From Bdellovibrionaceae bacterium UBA6502 (GTDB taxonomy: Bacteria; Bdellovibrionota; Bdellovibrionia; Bdellovibrionales; UBA840): DNA of 64,000 bases. The DNA lies in the NCBI GenBank assembly GCA_002436415.1, contig DJMA01000012.1, positions 26,345 through 90,344 of the forward strand, read 5' to 3'. The translations under genes and the position numbers were made by a program. The notes under the pieces are model-generated. The model searched no databases, had not been told where the DNA came from, and saw nothing but the letters and a program-made list of their open reading frames with translations. Positions 58,491 through 64,000 of this stretch are shown piece after piece (within the stretch, counting starts at the first letter, position 1; each line of letters opens with the position of its first letter).

Positions 58491-59106
58491 TGAATATTGG
58501 AATGAACAAGTGGGACTACTCTCTAGAAAAGTATTGAGTATGCCATGGCATAATCAAAAATTTTACGAGAGCTACTTGGCTGAAACCTTCAAATACGTAA
58601 CACACTCTTGTAAGTTACTTCAATACAGTGCCGATCGCCTTCCAGAAGGAGAACTAAAAAACTGCCTCATTCACCACATTGAAGAAGAAAAAGGCCATGA
58701 ATACCTAGCCTTAAAAGATTTAAAGGGCTTTGGTAAAAAACCTGAAGACTTTGCCGAGCTAAAAAGTACGCATTCTATCTACAATGATATGTATGAGGAA
58801 CTAGATGAAATTGATCCTGTCGCACCTTTGATTGGATACGCAATGGCTCTAGAAGGTTTAAGTGCAATGATTGCTATTGATGTAGCTAAGATTGTGGATG
58901 AAAATCATGGAGAAGGAAAAGCCAGTTTCTTAAAACTCCATGGCGAGGTAGACCAAGAGCATATCAAGGAATCAATGGACATATTAGCACTACTAGAAGA
59001 CAAACAATTGCCAATCGTGAAAGATTCAATTCGCAAATCCTGTGAACGATATTCCTCTTTTATGGATGAAATCCAAAGAGTATTAGTTAACGAAAAAGCG
59101 GCTTAA
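58468..59106 (+). CDS. Heme-oxygenase-like di-iron oxidase/oxygenase family protein
   Basis: AAAGGGG SD then MEEKKH. Helical protein with the ligand pattern E (LAETF), ExxH (EEKGH), E (ALEG) and DxxH (DQEH). 23-nt overlap with the GNAT gene. Confidence 0.5.
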   Translation: MEEKKHLNEYWNEQVGLLSRKVLSMPWHNQKFYESYLAETFKYVTHSCKLLQYSADRLPEGELKNCLIHHIEEEKGHEYLALKDLKGFGKKPEDFAELKSTHSIYNDMYEELDEIDPVAPLIGYAMALEGLSAMIAIDVAKIVDENHGEGKASFLKLHGEVDQEHIKESMDILALLEDKQLPIVKDSIRKSCERYSSFMDEIQRVLVNEKAA

Positions 59107-59110
59107 ACAA

Positions 59111-59138
59111 AAAGCCTCCAAAAACATTTGGAGGCTTT
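59111..59138. terminator. Bidirectional terminator
   Basis: AAAGCCTCCAAA-aaca-TTTGGAGGCTTT between convergent genes. Confidence 0.65.
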
Positions 59139-59176
59139 ACATATAGTCTTAGATATTTTTTGGATTGCGTTTGGGT

Positions 59177-59767
59177 TTATACTTTTAAACAAAAATTAGT
59201 ACTAGCTACTTGCACCAAATTTCCAGACAGATCTTTAATTGGGCATAAATACTTTAAATGCAATCGGTATCGATCAGACTCACCAAAAGCATATTCAGTA
59301 ATGTAATGCGCTGGAGTGCTATATTTCTCGATTTTTCCAGTATGTAGACATTTGGATGCATTAGCTAAAATGTCACTATTGTACTTTTGATCTCTTTTAT
59401 AAAGTTGCGTAAAACTATATTTCATCAAAGTTTCAGGCTCGTAATTTGAAAAAGTAAAAAACACTCTGTTGGCAAAAACTTGCTTAAAATTTTCTACATC
59501 ATAGATTTCAAGAATATCGTTATCACCAATTAAATCCATAAAGGACTCATCAACAAGCCTTAAATCTTTCTTCCACAAATAACAAAAAAGCTGCTCTTGG
59601 GTGGAAGAGTTTTGAAAAGCTTCGATCTGTATATCTAGTCTTTCCGAAACGGCAGGATCTTCGGCAAAATGTTTTTTTAATGATAAATCCAAAAGAAGAT
59701 CTTCGGGTTTAATAGTATTACGTAATAAATTTGGTTCAAGGTTTTCAACATTCTTTTCCATCGACAC
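59177..59767 (-). CDS. Hypothetical cytoplasmic protein (PAS-like fold guess)
   Basis: 196-aa ORF with no signal peptide. Its alpha/beta pattern ends in a beta-rich C-terminus. No firm motif. Confidence 0.35.
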   Translation of the reverse strand: MSMEKNVENLEPNLLRNTIKPEDLLLDLSLKKHFAEDPAVSERLDIQIEAFQNSSTQEQLFCYLWKKDLRLVDESFMDLIGDNDILEIYDVENFKQVFANRVFFTFSNYEPETLMKYSFTQLYKRDQKYNSDILANASKCLHTGKIEKYSTPAHYITEYAFGESDRYRLHLKYLCPIKDLSGNLVQVASTNFCLKV

Positions 59768-59935
59768 AACTACACCTCACATTTCTAAGTTAATAAATTC
59801 CCTGCAGAAAACAAGCTTTTTATTGCCTTATTTAGGTAGATTAGACTATTTTCAATGCTGTTTTAAATAATGACATTTGATGAACAAATTAGTTTAAACA
59901 CCACTAAAGCTGGTTTTAAAGGTGTTTTTAAAACA

Positions 59936-60691
59936 TTACCAAGCAAAGCCAAGCCTAAGCCCCAAAGACTCGTGGACATCACTAACATCCGTTTCCCACT
60001 CAATGTTCGCGTAACTATATTCAAGCCCTATTAAAAAATGGGAACTATAAGTACTCATACCAATGGAATAAATTTTGTGTTTCCCTGAATCCTCATAGGG
60101 ACCAAAAGCCCCATTTGAATTACTGATATTAGTTTCAACACTGTGATCTTCTTCGAGGTAAGATACATAAGCTAGAACCTTCTCCCCTTGCCGACCAATG
60201 CTCAATCCTTTTTGCGTAGACTTTACTTTAGAACTTGCCGAATAATCGGATTGATTGGTTGTTTCTTCAAAACTAGTGGCTCCGCCTTGAATACTAGCGA
60301 CCCAAGTCCCTGGTCCTCCTCCATGACCTAAAACTTGCCATCGCAGACCGGCCATTTTGGAATCGTAAAATATCTCCACTGGACCAAGAATAGTTAATTC
60401 AATACCAACACTAAAAGCATCTGCTGAAATTAGATCAGATAAATCATCAACATTATCGGTATTAACACTAACCGGTCCATGAGTTGGTGGATTGCCATCA
60501 AGGTTGGTGGCTACTGTTATACTTGCTGGATCGGAAATGTTTGCATTAACATTTCCCTTTAAACTATCTGGAGCTACGAAAGGAACCGCAAAGCGACTGG
60601 TTGGAAATTCAATGGTATGACTACAAGAAATCAAAAAAAGTGAACATAGGGCAAAACCAAGTTTTACAAATATGTGATTGAATCCTCCCAC
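59936..60691 (-). CDS. Outer-membrane lipoprotein / beta-barrel protein
   Basis: 251 aa. Lipobox FLISC|S; C-terminal LGLRLGFAW. The start overlaps the end of the histidine kinase gene by 28 nt. Confidence 0.5.
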   Translation of the reverse strand: MGGFNHIFVKLGFALCSLFLISCSHTIEFPTSRFAVPFVAPDSLKGNVNANISDPASITVATNLDGNPPTHGPVSVNTDNVDDLSDLISADAFSVGIELTILGPVEIFYDSKMAGLRWQVLGHGGGPGTWVASIQGGATSFEETTNQSDYSASSKVKSTQKGLSIGRQGEKVLAYVSYLEEDHSVETNISNSNGAFGPYEDSGKHKIYSIGMSTYSSHFLIGLEYSYANIEWETDVSDVHESLGLRLGFAW

Positions 60692-62916
60692 GGTCCATCC
60701 TCCTTGGTGATCATGAGTTCCATTACAAATTTTGTGTGGCTAGAGCTTGGATCATAGTATAGCTTTCCACCATTCGCTCGCACAACTTCTTTACTAATAC
60801 TTAAGCCTAAACCTGTACCAAGGCCAATATCTTTTGTGGTGAAAAAAGGATCAAATATTCGTTTTTGTAAGTCTTCCGAAATTCCTTTTCCAGAATCAGT
60901 AACACTGATTTGTACAGTACTATCAGCCCTAAGCGCCTCAACGACGATCCATTTCTCTTCTAAGTCCCGCACTGCATAAAAAGCATTCCCGATTAAATTT
61001 AGTAGAGCTTGAGAAATTTGTACTTCGTTACAATAAACATAGGCTTTGTCTGGCACCAAAATATTAACTTCCACGCCAGATTTTCTAAACTTCTCTTTTA
61101 ATATTCCAATACTGGTTTCGATAATCGGCAACAAAGGAAGGATTTGCATCTCTACCAATTGTCCATCTCTTGAAATTTTTCTTAAACTATCTACTATGTT
61201 CGTAGCTCGGGTCACGGTCTTGGTAAGCTTAATGCCGTAGCGCACAGCTTTTTCGTTGGTTAAGTCTTTGGACCTAGCTTCCTTCAGCAAACGCTCTGCA
61301 TAGCCATCGATGATTGCTAAAGGATTATTAATTTCATGAGCAATCCCACTAGCAAACTCACCAATGCTTTTTAATCGAGCCTCATCTTGCGCCTTTGCTT
61401 CTTGCATTTTTATACGATTGGTCGCCTCTAAAATCTCTGTCTCTAAAATCTGATTACGGCCTAGCATCGTTAAAGTAAAACAAGATATTAAGCCTGAAAA
61501 AAGCATCCCTAGTATTAAAACAACCCAATTTTTAAAGCTTCGATTCGCTGACAACTTATGTAGGGAAATATAACTTACAATTCTCCAATCTTGCCCGAAA
61601 AACTTTATTCTCGTTTCTTGATGAATGTTGCCAGATTTCTTACCAATTATGCCCTTTAGATCAGAAGCTCTAAGCCCAGCATTTGTATACAACAAACGCT
61701 TAGCAGAGCCTTCAAGAGACTGAACAAACACTCCCATTTCATCATCCAGTAAACTGGAAAGTGCCTGCTGAATCACTTTTTTAGTTAGAAATACTCCAAC
61801 CAAATAACCTTTAACGTGTTTACAAGCTTTAAAATCAAAAGGCATATCAAAGTCTATGACAGGAGCAATTCGAAAAAAAAGTTGTCCATCGTCTTCAATA
61901 TTCCGAATGACAGAATCACTCAAACGATTGTAACGACACATATCTTTAATTTCATCTCTTTTAGAGTGAACGATTTTCTCCAACTCAAACCGATCATAAA
62001 GCTTTAAAGATTGCGGAACATAGAAAGATACTTCTAGTTGTTTGCTATTATCTTTTTTCGGCAACCAAAAAACCGAATGAATTCCTTTGGTTGAAAAAAT
62101 CAGATTCTCCCCATAGGCAGTGAACTCACTTTTCGTTACCTGATCACTGGATTCAAAAAAAGCTTTAAAAGATTTTAAGGCAAGACTATAGTCATTTGCA
62201 GTTCTTTGGATACTCCCCGCAACTCGTTCATTGATTCGAATAAAACTTTTTTTAAGTTCTAAAGTTTCCAACTGACTGAGGTAAAAATGCATCACCAAAA
62301 CGCTAGAAAAGGAAAACAAAAGAGGTGTTAAGAAGACGACTTTTGCGGAGAGCTTTTGTTGAAAACTTTTGCTATATAAAATTAAAAAACCAGGCGCAAA
62401 AACCAAGACCCCTAGAGTATCTCCTATATACCAAGAAAACCAATTAGAAAAAAGAATGTCTGCACTAACAACATTAAACAAAAAGGCAGAGAAACTAGAA
62501 ATTGTTGCCGCGATCAAACAACCAAATGGCCCGGCAATGATGAGAAACTTTAAAATTTGATTTAGTTCTACCGGAGCTTTTGGCTTCTTGAGACTGTACT
62601 CTAAAAAATAGTGACTAATCAAAAACTGTAAAGAAGATCCTAAGGCGATAATTATTGGATGCGCGACACTTGCCAGTGTTGAAAAGCTATTATTGCTTTG
62701 AAATACAACGTTAAAATTTAAAAGCAAAGAACCAAGAAAAATCCCTAGGAGCATTTGCCTTCCGTAAATCAACATCATGGCAATTGCAAAACCAGCAGCC
62801 GGAAATACAGGTGAGGCAAAGCCCGGTGGAACAGCCATCAAGAGACTTAAATGTCCCAAACCAAAATAGCCCAAAGCTATGATAATTAATTTTTGTAAGT
62901 TGAATCCACCCGACAT
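60664..62916 (-). CDS. MASE1-domain sensor histidine kinase
   Basis: 750 aa. N-terminal polytopic MASE1-like region (GHLSLLMAVPPGFASPVFPAAGFAIAMMLIYG), H-box FASGIAHEINNPL, and HATPase N, G1 and G2 boxes (NLIGNAF, DSGKGI, GTGLGLS). Confidence 0.85.
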   Translation of the reverse strand: MSGGFNLQKLIIIALGYFGLGHLSLLMAVPPGFASPVFPAAGFAIAMMLIYGRQMLLGIFLGSLLLNFNVVFQSNNSFSTLASVAHPIIIALGSSLQFLISHYFLEYSLKKPKAPVELNQILKFLIIAGPFGCLIAATISSFSAFLFNVVSADILFSNWFSWYIGDTLGVLVFAPGFLILYSKSFQQKLSAKVVFLTPLLFSFSSVLVMHFYLSQLETLELKKSFIRINERVAGSIQRTANDYSLALKSFKAFFESSDQVTKSEFTAYGENLIFSTKGIHSVFWLPKKDNSKQLEVSFYVPQSLKLYDRFELEKIVHSKRDEIKDMCRYNRLSDSVIRNIEDDGQLFFRIAPVIDFDMPFDFKACKHVKGYLVGVFLTKKVIQQALSSLLDDEMGVFVQSLEGSAKRLLYTNAGLRASDLKGIIGKKSGNIHQETRIKFFGQDWRIVSYISLHKLSANRSFKNWVVLILGMLFSGLISCFTLTMLGRNQILETEILEATNRIKMQEAKAQDEARLKSIGEFASGIAHEINNPLAIIDGYAERLLKEARSKDLTNEKAVRYGIKLTKTVTRATNIVDSLRKISRDGQLVEMQILPLLPIIETSIGILKEKFRKSGVEVNILVPDKAYVYCNEVQISQALLNLIGNAFYAVRDLEEKWIVVEALRADSTVQISVTDSGKGISEDLQKRIFDPFFTTKDIGLGTGLGLSISKEVVRANGGKLYYDPSSSHTKFVMELMITKEDGPWEDSITYL

Positions 62917-63357
62917 TCTCGGATTTAATCACTAGCCAGATGCCAGAACAAATTGTTTTTTACCAGTTGGGATTTAATGAAGGCTTTAGTAGTAAAGTAA
63001 GCTGATGGAAAAAAGTTTTCTCGTATTATTTTTGTTTATTTCGTGAAAAAAGCACCAAGAAAGCTATATTCCAAAAGAGCCTTAGCAGCTCTCGGTCACT
63101 TCCAAATGCAAGCAAAGCAAAAATGACTTTTTCGGCAAATAAAAAAACTCAACGCCTTTTCAAAGAGTTTCCAGGCCCCCAATGCTTGAGCCTTTCATAA
63201 AACTGAAAGTTCCGCTAAGTAAGCAAAAGCACTAGTTTAAATGTAAGAATTGCCATCACATAAACCATCAAATGCATTAAAACTATGCATTAAAATCCAA
63301 CATTCAAAAATCTTGTTGCACAGCTATAGGATTTAACGCATATTGACCGCTCTCAAT

Positions 63358-63434
63358 GGCGGCCGTAGCTCAGTTGGTAGAGCCCCGGATTGTGATTCCG
63401 GTTGTCGCGGGTTCGAGCCCCGTCGGTCGCCCCA
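63358..63434 (+). tRNA. tRNA-His (anticodon GUG)
   Basis: 77 nt including the His-specific extra 5' G(-1). Anticodon loop ATTGTGA. Near-identical core to bacterial tRNA-His; encoded CCA. Confidence 0.93.
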
Positions 63435-63476
63435 AAAAATGGCTAAACAAGCACAGCTTGCTTAGCCATTTTTTTT
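63435..63476 (+). terminator. Rho-independent terminator after tRNA-His
   Basis: AAAAAATGGCTAAACAAGC-acag-CTTGCTTAGCCATTTTTTTT. Confidence 0.75.
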
Positions 63477-63583
63477 GGGGTGGCCGTCCAGATGGAATCA
63501 GGCTGGTGAGAGCCTCTTATGCCAGTAGCGTTTTTCTACTACTAAGCACATTTATTTTGAGGCAGGACTGCCTAACAAAAGAC

Positions 63584-63615
63584 AAAAAAATGAGGCGACA
63601 TAAGTTTCGCCTCAT
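63584..63615 (-). terminator. Rho-independent terminator for the minus-strand gene at the window edge
   Basis: ATGAGGCGA-cataagtt-TCGCCTCAT, followed on the minus strand by T7. Confidence 0.6.
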
Positions 63616-63687
63616 TCTATTTTTAAAACAATCTGTTCCGAAATTTTTTTGTTCCTACTTAGCTCGTAAAGAGCTTTGCAAAGTCCT

Positions 63688-64000
63688 TTACCTTTCTGGC
63701 ACCCAGCTTCCTGCACTAATTGCAGTTTCAACCAATTCCCCGTCAGCTCTTTTACATAATGGAACAAACAAATCTCTTCTCTCGATTCCGTCTTTGTCTT
63801 TTCCAAAAAATGGAGAAACATAATTTTCACCTGCTGTTGAGCAATTATAAGATTTCGTTAGATCGTTAAACACTAACTGAGCACAACGGTTCTCAATGAT
63901 TTGAACATCGCCTGATACTTTACCCATTCTAGAATGAGTTCCGCTGGATTTTATATTTAGGCGCTCAAGGTATTCCACACAAGACTCACCTGGTTTACCA
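63688..64000 (-). CDS. Partial hypothetical protein (3' end; continues beyond the window)
   Basis: The frame is open to the window edge, with a terminator 70 nt downstream. No domain recognised. Confidence 0.3.
   Translation of the reverse strand, partial: GKPGESCVEYLERLNIKSSGTHSRMGKVSGDVQIIENRCAQLVFNDLTKSYNCSTAGENYVSPFFGKDKDGIERRDLFVPLCKRADGELVETAISAGSWVPER

Noticed and set aside
63356-63823. 155-aa plus-strand ORF.
   Set aside because: It starts inside tRNA-His and runs through two terminator hairpins. It is an artefact of an open frame over RNA and intergenic sequence.

Overview
AT-rich bacterial chromosomal window, gene-dense on both strands, with standard-code ORFs and frequent TTG/GTG starts. 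All calls were made by eye from the ORF track and DNA; no database search was possible. The gene content suggests a Bdellovibrio-like predatory bacterium, possibly Bacteriovoracaceae; this is inference only. Supporting content includes many signal-peptide proteins, a TIGR02147-like regulator, an M64 peptidase and a GHL10 lipoprotein. Housekeeping genes recognised: murJ, rpsT, holA-lptE, a SerC-like aminotransferase with serA, purA, fadE, sdaA, ilvE, and tRNA-Lys(UUU), tRNA-Glu(UUC) and tRNA-His(GUG). Signalling and regulatory genes: two REC proteins, PilZ, an MCP, an ECF sigma/anti-sigma pair downstream of an MscS channel, a TetR regulator, and a MASE1 histidine kinase. An imuA-imuB-dnaE2 mutagenesis cassette and a PhoA-type phosphatase with a Pho-box-like site are present. 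No CRISPR array, prophage, transposase or recognisable defence system was seen. Findings worth a second look: (1) a ~144-bp element with 19-bp terminal inverted repeats, present in three intergenic copies, two with 3-nt flanking duplications (MITE-like or structured RNA); (2) a tightly packed four-gene operon (49856-56243) of signal-peptide, coiled-coil and membrane proteins with no recognisable domains, preceded by a sigma-54-like promoter; (3) a 1081-aa secreted protein with a degenerate Fic motif; (4) an SRAP/YedK-like protein enlarged by coiled-coil insertions; (5) an overlapping GNAT plus heme-oxygenase-like di-iron oxidase pair; (6) a decayed histidine-kinase/HD-GYP locus; (7) a possible ATT start for ilvE. 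Functions proposed for hypothetical proteins are untested inferences.
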